From assembly GCA_036504855.1 (NCBI GenBank), contig DASXUL010000039.1, positions 15,582 to 79,581 of the forward strand: a stretch of 64,000 nt of DNA, in the 5' to 3' direction. Positions 34,174-43,533 of this stretch are shown piece after piece. The position numbers and the translations under genes were made by a program. Source of the DNA: Armatimonadota bacterium (GTDB taxonomy: Bacteria; Armatimonadota; DTGP01; JAKQQT01). The notes beneath the pieces were generated by a model, which saw nothing but the letters and a program-made list of their open reading frames with translations, was not told the DNA's origin and ran no database searches. Position 1 is the stretch's first letter; each line of letters opens with the position of its first letter.

Positions 34174-35178
34174 TCACAGATCCTTCGCCATCACGCAGAA
34201 GCGGCGGGTTTCCTGGAAGCCGGCTTCCGCGTAGAGCTTCAGCGTTTTGTCGTCGGACCAGAGGAAGAAGGCGATCTGCTTGCCGGCGGTGCGCATGCGC
34301 TCCAGCGTTTCGAAGGTGAGCCAGGCGCCGATGCCGCGGCCCCGCACGCGGGGGCTGGTGCCCACCGGGCCGAAGCGCTCGCCGTTGTAGTGGCAGAAGC
34401 CCACAACCGTGTTGGTGGCGTTGTCCCACGCGAAGATCAGGCGGTCCGGCTTGCTGCGTCCAGCATGGATGTCCAGGGCGGCGTCGCGCACCCAACGCTC
34501 CCAATCGCCGGGGAAATCCTCCACCATGAACTCGTGGATGAAGGGCACGAGGTCCGGGTTGTACTCCTTGATGACCACGGACTCTTCCTTCGGCGCCCGC
34601 AGGTCCGCGATCTTCTGGCGCAGCCATTCCGGCCGGCGCACGCGATCCAACTGCGTCTGTGCGGCCAGCGGGCGGTAGACTTCCTTGTAGCCGCGCGAGA
34701 GCAGGAAGGGGATGGCGTCGCGGTAGCGGTCGATATCCACGCCGGGCCAGAAGTAGTTGGGGGCGTACGGCGAGATCATCGCCCGTTTGGCTCCCTCAAC
34801 GCGCAGATACTGCTCCGCCTGATCGAAGAGCTGGTTCCCGTAGCCGCGCCGGCGCACGCGCTCATCTACTCCGAAGAGGGTGATGTAACCCCGGTCCGAG
34901 TCCATCTCCGAATGCGGCAGGGGGATCTTGCGGTGGATGGCCACGCAGAAGCCGCGCACGGCCCCGTCCGCAAGCTTCCCGTTCACGCCCTCCAGGTGCT
35001 CGCGCAGCACGAAGGTTCCGTCCGGTTCCCAGTTCTGGTCCCACAGGATGTTGATGGCCAGTTTTTCGCTATCCATGGCCTCGGTTGGGAACACGTTCCG
35101 TACCGACATCACCAGCGAGCTGAATGGGCTTGCGCCCGACCATGGCCAAACCGTGTAACTGCGTTCCGCTCCACTCAT
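34174..35178 (-). CDS. GNAT-family acetyltransferase (tandem GNAT-like domains)
   Basis: An internal ATG at 35178 has GGAG 8 nt upstream. Motifs RRRGYGNQLF and RGRGIGAWL are Q/RxxGxG/A acetyl-CoA loops. The 99 aa upstream in the ORF were rejected. Confidence 0.6.
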   Translation of the reverse strand: MSGAERSYTVWPWSGASPFSSLVMSVRNVFPTEAMDSEKLAINILWDQNWEPDGTFVLREHLEGVNGKLADGAVRGFCVAIHRKIPLPHSEMDSDRGYITLFGVDERVRRRGYGNQLFDQAEQYLRVEGAKRAMISPYAPNYFWPGVDIDRYRDAIPFLLSRGYKEVYRPLAAQTQLDRVRRPEWLRQKIADLRAPKEESVVIKEYNPDLVPFIHEFMVEDFPGDWERWVRDAALDIHAGRSKPDRLIFAWDNATNTVVGFCHYNGERFGPVGTSPRVRGRGIGAWLTFETLERMRTAGKQIAFFLWSDDKTLKLYAEAGFQETRRFCVMAKDL

Positions 35179-35195
35179 GTGAATGCTCCGATGCG

Positions 35196-36623
35196 TTATT
35201 TCGTGCTGGCGGCCATGGCCGCGCAGATTCGGTCTTGGATGGCGTGCGCCTCGGAGCCGCCGCCGGTGAAGTTGTTCATCACGATGCTGAAGACAAGCGG
35301 CTCGCCATCGCGGGTACGCACATAGCCGGAGAGCGATGATACCCGCGTCAGGCTCCCGGTCTTGGCCTGCACGTTTCCGGTGGTGAAACCGCCTTTCATG
35401 CGGTTGCGGATCGTGCCATCCACGCCGGCCACCGGCAGGCTGTCCACAAATGCGGAACGGTTCGGGTGGCTCCACATGTAGGAGAGGACGCGCGTGAGGG
35501 CATCCGCTGTAACGTTGTCCTGTCGGGCGAGGCCGGAGCCGTCCACTATGTTCACGGACGCAGCGTCCACGCCGATCTTCTCCAGGTAGGCGCGTTCAAC
35601 GTCGGCGCCCGCCGCGGCGGAGCCATTCCCCTTCTTCACGCGGCCAAGGGTCTTCAGCAGCGTCTCGGCAATGAGGTTGTCGCTGGGCTTGTTGAGGAGT
35701 TTCAGGATGTCGGGCAGCCCGGCCGAGTCGTGGGCGGCGACCTTCGTTGCGCCGGCGGGGGTGACGCCGGAGCGCGGAGATCCATCTATTGTGATCCCCG
35801 CATCCTGGAGGCACTTGCGAAACAGAAATGCCGTGTAGGCCGAGGGGTTGTGGACGCTTACGTACTCAACCGCCGTCTTGTTGCCCCGCCGGATCTGCCC
35901 GGACGCCACGATGATGTTTTCGCCCAACTCGCGAGAGACTTCAAGGGTTTCCGGGGCGCTGTCCTGTACCGTTGTGGCTTCGTTGCGGATCAAGACGTAG
36001 CCGGCATCCGGATCAACGGACACGGCGGGGGGCTGCCCCACTTCGCCCGGCAGGGTTCGCACAGTCACGGAACCGCGGTCCACGGTCAGCCCGTCCACTT
36101 CCGCGGCGTAGTAGGCGCTCAAGTCATCCCATTCCCAGCCGGAACCGAGCTTTCGGCTATCCAGGGCGGAGCCGTCGCCTACAACATCACCGGTGACATG
36201 CGTGATGCCGGCGGCCTTAACGTCACGCGCCAATTGCTGGAGGTCGGCGTATTCCAGCGTGGGGTCGCCGTCGCCTTTCAGGTAGAGGTTGCCCGTCAGC
36301 GTGCCCCCGTCCAGCGTTCCATCTCGCAGGGCCGGCGTTGTGTAGTGGAAATCCGCGGGCAACGCATCCGTGCAGCAGGAGGAGACCAGCAGCTTCATGT
36401 TGCTGGCCGGCATGAGCAAGCGGTCCGCCTCTTTTGTGAGGATGGTGCGACCGTCCGAGAGACTGCGGATGCAGACTCCCACGGTGGCGTGGGCCAGGGT
36501 GGGGCTGGCGAGTTCCTTAGTAACCGACACGCGGATGGACTCATCGGAGGCGAGCGCGGAAAGCGAGCAACCAAAAATGCAGAGCGCAACGGCCGCCCGC
36601 CGCGCCGCAAAGGGGATGGGCAT
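35196..36623 (-). CDS. dacB: D-alanyl-D-alanine carboxypeptidase/endopeptidase, PBP4 (S13) family
   Basis: A start at 36623 is preceded by AGAGGA. A signal peptide is followed by the SxxK motif (ASNMKLL), SDN (KPSDNLIAE) and the KTG motif (AKTGSLTRV). Confidence 0.8.
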   Translation of the reverse strand: MPIPFAARRAAVALCIFGCSLSALASDESIRVSVTKELASPTLAHATVGVCIRSLSDGRTILTKEADRLLMPASNMKLLVSSCCTDALPADFHYTTPALRDGTLDGGTLTGNLYLKGDGDPTLEYADLQQLARDVKAAGITHVTGDVVGDGSALDSRKLGSGWEWDDLSAYYAAEVDGLTVDRGSVTVRTLPGEVGQPPAVSVDPDAGYVLIRNEATTVQDSAPETLEVSRELGENIIVASGQIRRGNKTAVEYVSVHNPSAYTAFLFRKCLQDAGITIDGSPRSGVTPAGATKVAAHDSAGLPDILKLLNKPSDNLIAETLLKTLGRVKKGNGSAAAGADVERAYLEKIGVDAASVNIVDGSGLARQDNVTADALTRVLSYMWSHPNRSAFVDSLPVAGVDGTIRNRMKGGFTTGNVQAKTGSLTRVSSLSGYVRTRDGEPLVFSIVMNNFTGGGSEAHAIQDRICAAMAASTK

Positions 36624-36737
36624 GGATGTCCTCTTGGATCCGGCCACGGCGCACCGCGAGGGTAGACCGGCCGGGGTGTGGATTGGAATCAGTGTAGCGA
36701 ACGGCGGCGCACGGAGTGAAACGCGCCAACCGCTCTC

Positions 36738-38498
36738 TCAGGGGTTGGCCTCAACGCCGGAGACCTTTCGCATAAGCGTCAGGGCATCCGCCATGTCCAC
36801 CTGTCCTCCCGCGGGGCTCGCCACGTTCAGGTACATGTCGGGCGAAGCGGCCGCTCTCAGGCCGCTCGAGATGGCGAGCGCCTTTGAAACGTCTGTCAGC
36901 GCATACGCGCGCCACGGGCCCAGCGCCGAGGCGGCCATCGGCACGTCCTGAGTTGTCACCGCGCCGGGGGAGATGGTCACCGGGCCCATTCGCGTGGCCA
37001 GGCCAGGCGCGGAGACCGACATGCTGTAGTCTCCGGGCGGCAGGTCCACAAACCCGTAGAAGCCGGTTCCATCTGTCTTCGCGGTGCGCCGAACCGGGCC
37101 CGCGAGGCTCACCGTGGCTCCGTCCAGCCAGCCGGGGCTGGGAGCTCCGCTGTCCCAGGCGGTTCCCATCAGGTGCCCCTTGCCGTTGGTTAAGCGCGGC
37201 AGGGCCGGAATCGGCGCAACATCCGGGTTCAGGGGCGCTGCATCCTCGGGGATGCCGTTCGCCATCGCGTTCGCCATCCCGGCGGGGTCGGGCACGATGC
37301 TCCCACCGCATGTGTCCGCGTAGGGCGAGGCGTAGGAGTAGAGGTTGTAGCCCTGAGCGGTCATCCCCATCGATGAGGAAGGCGCGCGGCTGCGCTTCAG
37401 TTGAGAGATGGCGTCGGCCAGCGTGTTGAGGTAGGTTCCGGGCCCGATGATGCACTGGCGGGCAAACGTGTTGTCCTTCGTGAAATCCTGCCAGTTCTCA
37501 AAATCTGCGTCGTTCCGGCAGCTTCGGAAGTAGTTCATCGGGATGGCGATATCCACGATTCCCTCCTGCATCCAGCCGCGCCAATCCTGGTACACGCCGG
37601 TGTAGGCGCCCGAATTGTACTCGAAGTTCGTTTTCCACGTTGCCCGGGGGTCCGTGTCGTCAGGGCCGGGGTGCGGCGGACTGGGCGTCCAGGTAATCGT
37701 GTCAGCCGTGATGCGGATTCCGGGTCGGATGGCGATGCAGGTGAGGTAGATCTTGCGCATGACGTTGGTCACCTGGTCCCGCCGCCACTGCTTGAATGCG
37801 TCATCCGTGGTGGCTGGGACGCCGGTTGCCCCGGTGAGGGCATTGAAGCGTCGCACGGAGACGTCGTTGAAGCCGTTCCTGCCGTCGGTGAACCGGATGT
37901 AGTCGAAGTTCAGGCCGTCGATAGCGGTGTTGGTCACGAGGTCCCGGCATGTGTTAACCAGTTGCTGCTCCACGCCGGGGTGGCCGGGGTCGAAGTCCGT
38001 CTGCGCGCTGCCATTGGCGTTCACCGTCACCCAGTCAGGATGGTTCCAGAGGATGGGTCCGGCTGCGCGGAAGGAGACAAGCCACGCCCACACATCCAGG
38101 CGTTGGCGGCCGCCCGAAGTGTCGTGCGCCTGAGCGATGCATTCCGCCAGCGGGTCGAAGTCCCCTCCGCTGTTCGTTTCGGGCTCGCTGGAGAGATCAC
38201 AGGCGATACGGAGATTGTTGCTGACGATGGTTCCGCCCAGCGACGGGTAGAAGTCCGGAGCCGCGTTGTAGTAGACGAGCTGGGAGCCCTTGTTCACGAG
38301 GATCTCAGGGATGAGCACGTTACACCGGCCATCGCGCAGGTTCTGGACGGAAGTCGTCACGTCGTCGGCCGTCAGGTAGCCGGTATGGAAGGCATCCAGC
38401 CACTGCGCCCGATACTCCGGCGGATCGGCGGCCGGCGACCGCCCCGCCGCCATCGCTATGAGCCCACACAAGCAGAACCCCATGGCCTTACTTCGCAT
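36738..38498 (-). CDS. Secreted glycoside-hydrolase-like (GHL10/YddW-type TIM barrel) protein with a CarbopepD_reg-like beta-sandwich and a C-terminal dockerin-like repeat
   Basis: A start at 38498 has GGAGG 7 nt upstream. A signal peptide is present. The C-terminal DGTGFYGFVDLPPGDYSMSVSAPG resembles a carboxypeptidase-regulatory-like fold, and the terminal ...QVDMADALTLMRKVSG resembles a dockerin half-repeat. The GHL10 assignment is tentative. Confidence 0.5.
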   Translation of the reverse strand: MRSKAMGFCLCGLIAMAAGRSPAADPPEYRAQWLDAFHTGYLTADDVTTSVQNLRDGRCNVLIPEILVNKGSQLVYYNAAPDFYPSLGGTIVSNNLRIACDLSSEPETNSGGDFDPLAECIAQAHDTSGGRQRLDVWAWLVSFRAAGPILWNHPDWVTVNANGSAQTDFDPGHPGVEQQLVNTCRDLVTNTAIDGLNFDYIRFTDGRNGFNDVSVRRFNALTGATGVPATTDDAFKQWRRDQVTNVMRKIYLTCIAIRPGIRITADTITWTPSPPHPGPDDTDPRATWKTNFEYNSGAYTGVYQDWRGWMQEGIVDIAIPMNYFRSCRNDADFENWQDFTKDNTFARQCIIGPGTYLNTLADAISQLKRSRAPSSSMGMTAQGYNLYSYASPYADTCGGSIVPDPAGMANAMANGIPEDAAPLNPDVAPIPALPRLTNGKGHLMGTAWDSGAPSPGWLDGATVSLAGPVRRTAKTDGTGFYGFVDLPPGDYSMSVSAPGLATRMGPVTISPGAVTTQDVPMAASALGPWRAYALTDVSKALAISSGLRAAASPDMYLNVASPAGGQVDMADALTLMRKVSGVEANP

Positions 38499-38707
38499 GA
38501 TGCGCCTCCGAGATGGATACCGGGCTGGCGGGGTCCGGAGTCCGGCTTCCAACGATGCTGTGATATCGAATGGCAGTAGAATATGAGTGGAAAAGATCGT
38601 GTCGGGTCAAGTTGACCGCGTGTACGGACGGTCCTTTTCACACGCAAGAGACCGCAGTTCCCGCGTATCGGCAGGGTACGTTGCCGAAGACTATCGAGGT
38701 TGACTCA

Positions 38708-39313
38708 ATGGCAAGGGGGATGATCATCTTCGGCTCATCTGGATCCGGGACGACTACGCTCGGCAGAGAGGTTGCGAAGCGGCTTGGATTTCGGCATTTC
38801 GATCTTGATGACTACCTATGGCGATGGGATACCAAGATACCCTTCACGGTTACTCGACCGCGGGAGGAGCGGATCACGCTGTTGATGGATGACATATCCA
38901 AGGTCCCGCATTTCGTCATGTCAGGATCGATGGACAGCTATAACGCGCCCTTTGTGCCGCTGTTCGATCTGGCCGTGCTCAACTCCGCGCCTGCCGAGAT
39001 ACGTGCGGAACGCCTTAGGGTCCGCGAGTTTGCCCGATTTGGCGAGAGGATACTCCCGGGCGGTGATATGTACGGAAACCATAGGGATTTCCTCGCCATC
39101 GCCCGCCAGTACAATACAGATGGATCGCCATGCAGAAGGGTCCATGAACAATGGGCGGCGACGCTTCCGTGTCCCGCACTATGTATCGACGGGACTGACG
39201 CCATTGCGCACAACGCCGCACGAATCGTGGCGCAGTATCCGCCCAGCCTGACGTCTAGCGCTACGGGGACCTTGGACCCACGCTCTTTCCCCAGGCCGTG
39301 CGCCTCTGACTGA
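38708..39313 (+). CDS. P-loop NTPase, nucleoside/nucleotide kinase-like (AAA/shikimate-kinase-type fold)
   Basis: An internal ATG at 38708 gives MARGMIIFGSSGSGTTTLGREVAKRLGFRHFDLDDYLW, which contains a Walker A motif followed by a kinase-like organisation. Confidence 0.6.
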   Translation: MARGMIIFGSSGSGTTTLGREVAKRLGFRHFDLDDYLWRWDTKIPFTVTRPREERITLLMDDISKVPHFVMSGSMDSYNAPFVPLFDLAVLNSAPAEIRAERLRVREFARFGERILPGGDMYGNHRDFLAIARQYNTDGSPCRRVHEQWAATLPCPALCIDGTDAIAHNAARIVAQYPPSLTSSATGTLDPRSFPRPCASD

Positions 39314-39374
39314 CCCAACGACACCTGCCCACTCAGACCCGATGCACTTCCGCCAGGCGCCTGTTGCGCTCTGA

Positions 39375-41162
39375 TCACTTTCCGTTGAGCTGCACCGGGA
39401 TCCGAACGCCGGACAGTGATCCCTCATCAGACAGCAGCGGCCACAGATGTTTGGCCGCCAGGACATCGAGCATGTCGCGCGGTATGCCGTCCACGGTGAT
39501 GCGGCGGTCGATGAGGCGGATGCCGTGACTGTAGTCGACGTAGGTGTCTTTGTGGACGGTGGTGAGCGGCTGGATGGGCATGCCGTCGGGAAGACGCCAT
39601 CCGTAGATGGCCACGCGGCGCGGATTCTCCTTCAGGCGCCCGGTCAATACCACATCCTTCTTGATGCCGCACACCAGAGCGCCGAGCGGCTTTCCGGCCC
39701 GCTGGCCCTCGATGATGGCGTTGTGCTGGACGAACGTGGCCACGGCCTCGCGGTCCTGTGTGAGGGGTTTCGGCTCAAGGCGGACCTCGGCGCAGTTGTC
39801 CACGATGTCCACGATGCGACGGGTGGGTAGCGAGCATCCGAAGCCGGCGGCGATCCGCGCGGCGGTCATCGGCGTCATCGGCGCGCGCACCCAGTCCGTG
39901 TCCGTGCCCACCGCGAGGTAGTCCGGCGCCACGCTGAAGGTTGCCGTATGGCGGCGGCCGCGGTCATCCACGCAACTCGTCTCCAGCGTCTTGAACACTC
40001 GTAGGAAGGATGGGATATTGCCCCTCAGGATGGCGTCGCCGATCGCCTGCTCACGCTCCGCCGGCGGCATGGCTTCGATGCGCGCCATGAACGCGGTTCC
40101 GCCCTCCGCGTTCGCCGGCGCCGGAGGGATGGTGGAGAGGGCCAACGTTCCGATGGGGGCGTCGCGCTCGGCGGGTTGAATCCACTTGCCGTAAGCCCGG
40201 TCTCCCCGGTATGTGAAGCCCCTGTGGTAGGGCGTTCCGGCCGTCATGGTTTCCAGGAAGCCGTTGGTCTCCACGAGAACGGTATGCAGGATCTTGTTGT
40301 TCGGGTTCTGGTCCACCAGCAACCGGATGCGGCCGTCCAGTCCGGTTGTTGTCTCAATGTCTCCGGCGCGGGACGTCTGAAGGGGAGTATCCTGGGCAAA
40401 GCGGTTGCGCATCCGGATGGTGGCGCGGAATGTGCCGCCGGTGGGGCCAACCACGGGCTTCCCGTCCAACGTAATGGAACGGTCGTCGTAAGCGAGAACG
40501 ACGAGTTGGCGCGTGGGATCGGCCTTCAGCCATGCCAGCAGCTTGTCTCCGTGGAGGTCTTCATCCGCGTACGAGTAGTTGGCGTCCAGGAAAGCGATTC
40601 GCTCCACCCAGTCCGGGATGGCGTCGCCGCCATTGAGGAACCCGATGAGGAAGGAGCCGCCGCCGCTGTGCCCGGCGAGGGCGACCGTTCGGCGCGGCGA
40701 CGGGAACTTGGCCGCGGCCGCGGCCACGAGGGCGCGGATGCGGGCAGCGTTGTCCGGGTTCCGCGCGCGCCACGCGGGCCAGGACCGCTGATCGGCCTGA
40801 ACGGTAACCAGCGCGATGTTCCGCCCTTTCTCCACGCGGCGGAGCATCCGGGTCTGCGCGGCGATGTGCTGGATGTTGTAGTGCCAGTCCAGCCCGTCGC
40901 GCATTTCGCAGCCGAGAGTCTGCTCAATGGTGTTGCCGTTCGGGGTGGCGAAGAAGATGACGAGGGTGGGGCGAGTGGGGTCGTAGCCGGCATCCGCGTT
41001 GTAGAACACGCGGACGCCGTCGGGAGTGTGCTCCTGCAGGGTCTGCTCTCCCCAGTAGGGGCCCTGGCGAAAGCCCTCCAGCGGCGGCGCCGCGTACGCT
41101 GACGTAGCCGCCGCGGCGAGGATCGCGAGGCAGCCGAGGGACAGGATAGTGTTCATGGACAC
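39375..41162 (-). CDS. Secreted alpha/beta-hydrolase-fold serine hydrolase with a large C-terminal domain of unknown function
   Basis: The signal peptide is MNTILSLGCLAILAAAATSAYA. The nucleophile elbow is LAGHSGGGSF (GxSxG). The protein is 595 aa. Confidence 0.6.
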   Translation of the reverse strand: MSMNTILSLGCLAILAAAATSAYAAPPLEGFRQGPYWGEQTLQEHTPDGVRVFYNADAGYDPTRPTLVIFFATPNGNTIEQTLGCEMRDGLDWHYNIQHIAAQTRMLRRVEKGRNIALVTVQADQRSWPAWRARNPDNAARIRALVAAAAAKFPSPRRTVALAGHSGGGSFLIGFLNGGDAIPDWVERIAFLDANYSYADEDLHGDKLLAWLKADPTRQLVVLAYDDRSITLDGKPVVGPTGGTFRATIRMRNRFAQDTPLQTSRAGDIETTTGLDGRIRLLVDQNPNNKILHTVLVETNGFLETMTAGTPYHRGFTYRGDRAYGKWIQPAERDAPIGTLALSTIPPAPANAEGGTAFMARIEAMPPAEREQAIGDAILRGNIPSFLRVFKTLETSCVDDRGRRHTATFSVAPDYLAVGTDTDWVRAPMTPMTAARIAAGFGCSLPTRRIVDIVDNCAEVRLEPKPLTQDREAVATFVQHNAIIEGQRAGKPLGALVCGIKKDVVLTGRLKENPRRVAIYGWRLPDGMPIQPLTTVHKDTYVDYSHGIRLIDRRITVDGIPRDMLDVLAAKHLWPLLSDEGSLSGVRIPVQLNGK

Positions 41163-41253
41163 GCCTTTGGCGGAGGAATCAGCGCGCCGCGAATGGCGAG
41201 TGGACGCCGGAAGGGATCGGGAGTGCGGCGCGTGACGGCTGGCGGTTATCCGC

Positions 41254-42108
41254 TCAGTTCTGTTGGAGGATCTCCCGCAGGCGCTTCAAGGCCTTCTGCT
41301 GAAGGCGAGAGACGTGCATCTGCGAAATGCTCAGGCGTTGGGCCACCTCGGTCTGCGACATATCGCTAAAGAAGCGAAGCCGGATAATGGCCTGTTCGCG
41401 TTCGTCCAGGCTGCGGATCGCCTCGCGGAGGTCGTCATTCGAATTGATGTCGGCCAGGGAGGCATCTTCCGCCCCGATGAACTCCGCCAGAGTCATCGGG
41501 CCGGAGTCAGACTGGGAGTCGAGCCGGGTGTCGAGGCTGATGGTTTCGTAGGCGTTGCCCAGTTCGATGGCCTCCAGCGTCTCTTCCTCGCTGGCGTGTA
41601 TGTGGTCGGCGATCTCGCCCACGGTTGGGCTCCGCCCGAGTCGTTGGGTGAGCGCCTCAACCGCCTTGCCCGCGGCGAGGTTGAGTTCCTGCAGGCGGCG
41701 AGGGACCTTGAGGTTCCACGCTTTGTCGCGGAAGTGACGTTTGATCTCGCCCACGATGGTGGGGGCCGCATAGGTGCTGAACTTATTGCCGCGCAATGGA
41801 TCGAACCGGTCGACGGCGTTGATGAGGCCGATCGTGCCAACCTGCACGAGGTCTTCCAGCGGCTCGCCCCGGTTGGCGAATTTGCCGGCCAGGAAGCGTA
41901 CCAGGTTCAGGTGAACCATCACCAGTTGGTCGCGCAAGGCTGCGTCGCGGGTTCGCTGGTAGCGCTCGAACAAACCTTCCACCTCGGCCGCGGATGCGGC
42001 CCGGGTCTGGGCCGGCGCCGGCGTTTCCTTGGCTGGCTGATCTTCGGTGGAGCGCTCGCTTCCGTCCTCGGCCGCGGCTGGCGGCGTTGGCGCGTTCCCT
42101 TCGATCAT
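41254..42108 (-). CDS. RNA polymerase sigma factor, SigB/SigF/SigG (group 3) subfamily
   Basis: Region 2 (DLVQVGTIGLINAVDRFDPLRGNKFSTYAAPTIVGEIKR) and region 4 (QTEVAQRLSISQMHVSRLQQKALKRLR). The start overlaps the RsbW stop (ATGA). Confidence 0.85.
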   Translation of the reverse strand: MIEGNAPTPPAAAEDGSERSTEDQPAKETPAPAQTRAASAAEVEGLFERYQRTRDAALRDQLVMVHLNLVRFLAGKFANRGEPLEDLVQVGTIGLINAVDRFDPLRGNKFSTYAAPTIVGEIKRHFRDKAWNLKVPRRLQELNLAAGKAVEALTQRLGRSPTVGEIADHIHASEEETLEAIELGNAYETISLDTRLDSQSDSGPMTLAEFIGAEDASLADINSNDDLREAIRSLDEREQAIIRLRFFSDMSQTEVAQRLSISQMHVSRLQQKALKRLREILQQN

Positions 42109-42536
42109 TGCACGCGCACCTTTTTGTTCAGGCGAACGGTGGTCCCCTCCTCGGCGTCTTCCTGGACCTCCACGGAGTCAACGAGGATTTCCATGAGGAG
42201 AGCGCCGATGTTCTCGGTATCTACGGCGGGTTCCGGCTCCACAGCCGGGCGGCCGGCCTCTCCGTTCGCCTTGTAGTTCACCGAAATCGTGAGGGCATCT
42301 GGCTGGATGTCGCAGTAGATGCGGATATCGGTGCGCGAAGACTCGCCGCCGGAGCGGTCAATGGCGGAGGTGCAGGCCTCCCCGACGGCGAGGCGCAGGT
42401 CTTCCACCTCGTCATAGCTGAAGTTGAGGCGGCTGGCCACGCCAAGAATCGCCAGGCGGGCCACACCGACGTATTCCGCGCGGCACGGGATGCTCAGCGA
42501 GACGACGGCCGCTTCAGGGGGAGAGGGTAGGCTCAC
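42105..42536 (-). CDS. Anti-sigma factor / serine protein kinase (RsbW/SpoIIAB-like, HATPase_c)
   Basis: It is 143 aa, lies between a STAS antagonist and a group-3 sigma factor, and has a GHKL-type N-box/G-box pattern. Confidence 0.75.
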   Translation of the reverse strand: MSLPSPPEAAVVSLSIPCRAEYVGVARLAILGVASRLNFSYDEVEDLRLAVGEACTSAIDRSGGESSRTDIRIYCDIQPDALTISVNYKANGEAGRPAVEPEPAVDTENIGALLMEILVDSVEVQEDAEEGTTVRLNKKVRVQ

Positions 42537-42889
42537 GCGGAGGGTCCTTTCACGGCTTGAACAGCGTCGGCAACGGTAGGATGCACGTTGAAGATGCGGG
42601 AAAGCCCGGTGACATCCAGAATGCGCGCGATTCGGGGGTTGGGAGCGGCAACGATGAGGTCACCTTCGGCCTCTCGAGCCCGCTTCAAGGCGCCGATGAG
42701 CACGCCCAGCCCGCTGCTGTCCATGTAGGCGACATCGGCGAGGTCCACCACAAGGCGGATGGCTCCATCGTCCATGCGGCGATGTATCTCCTCCCGCAAT
42801 TTGGGCGCGGTGTAAACGTCCACCTCACCCCGTACACTGATTACGCTCACGCCATTGTTCGTTGGCTGCGCACTCACGCTGAAATCCAT
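42533..42889 (-). CDS. Anti-sigma-factor antagonist (STAS domain, RsbV/SpoIIAA-like)
   Basis: It contains ISVRGEVDVYTAPKLREEI ... DLADVAYMDSSGLGVLIGA, which has the conserved phospho-Ser of the DSSGLG motif. Confidence 0.85.
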   Translation of the reverse strand: MDFSVSAQPTNNGVSVISVRGEVDVYTAPKLREEIHRRMDDGAIRLVVDLADVAYMDSSGLGVLIGALKRAREAEGDLIVAAPNPRIARILDVTGLSRIFNVHPTVADAVQAVKGPSA

Positions 42890-42957
42890 TTTTGGGAGTA
42901 ACTCCTGCTAACGGTACTGCTGTCCGAGTCCACTATAGCGTGGACGCCGGCAGGCGA

Positions 42958-43425
42958 CTAAGCGTCGATCGCTTCGTCCACCTCGGCGTTGAGCTCGGAT
43001 CTCTTGTCGTCATAGGCCTCGACGCCCGCGTTCAACGCGGCGTCCAGGCGTTGGCGGGTTTCGCCAAGGGTCTGCTTGCTCTTACTTACCCACTCGTCCA
43101 CAGAGGTCCGAGCCTCCGTGATGACGTCGCTCGCTTTGCCGGTGACAGACTCATAGGCGCCGCTGACCTTCTCGCGCGCCGTATCCACGGCGTGCGCGCT
43201 TTTGGCGGAGGCGGCGGCCACAGCATCGCCCGCTCTATCGCGTAGCGTCGCTCCTGCTTCCGCAATGGTCTGACGCGACTCCTCGCCGGTTTGGGGAGCG
43301 AATAGGAGGGCGAGGGCGGCTCCGATGGCCGCGCCGGCCACGAGGCCGGCCACGAACTGGGTGGCGTCGAACCCGCCGCCGCTGTCATCGGTGGGGGCGA
43401 ATTCGAACTGATCTTCCGGGTGCAT
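42958..43425 (-). CDS. YtxH-domain general-stress-type protein
   Basis: The N-terminal membrane helix GLVAGAAIGAALALLFAPQTGEESR is followed by a low-complexity helical region typical of YtxH/DUF948. Confidence 0.7.
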   Translation of the reverse strand: MHPEDQFEFAPTDDSGGGFDATQFVAGLVAGAAIGAALALLFAPQTGEESRQTIAEAGATLRDRAGDAVAAASAKSAHAVDTAREKVSGAYESVTGKASDVITEARTSVDEWVSKSKQTLGETRQRLDAALNAGVEAYDDKRSELNAEVDEAIDA

Positions 43426-43481
43426 TCGGTTGCTAGCCTCCGTTGGGTTGGCGGTCAGCTCGCGAGCTAGCGAGCTAAGGC

Positions 43482-43509
43482 ATTATACAGACTTTACCAA
43501 TTCCGTCAC
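43482..43509 (-). promoter_or_regulatory. Candidate sigma70-type promoter for the YtxH gene (-35 GTGACG, 16-nt spacer, -10 TATAAT), followed by a 12-bp perfect palindrome AGCTCGCGAGCT
   Basis: On the minus strand the sequence reads gtgacggaattggtaaagtctgtataat. The palindrome is at 43458-43469, and GGAGG lies 12 nt before the ATG. Confidence 0.4.
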
Positions 43510-43533
43510 GAACCCGGCAACGCGGAAACCATC

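Noticed and set aside
33808-35325. A 505-aa plus-strand ORF that starts inside the nested palindrome and runs antisense through the GNAT gene
   Set aside because: It begins within repeat sequence and is antisense to a motif-supported GNAT gene.
40176-41102. A 308-aa plus-strand ORF inside the secreted hydrolase gene (and similar large antisense ORFs such as 8493..9797, 16056..17309, 21578..23050, 25309..27075, 59700..60476)
   Set aside because: All are antisense or alternate frames of motif-supported genes, with biased Arg/Gly/Ala/His composition.
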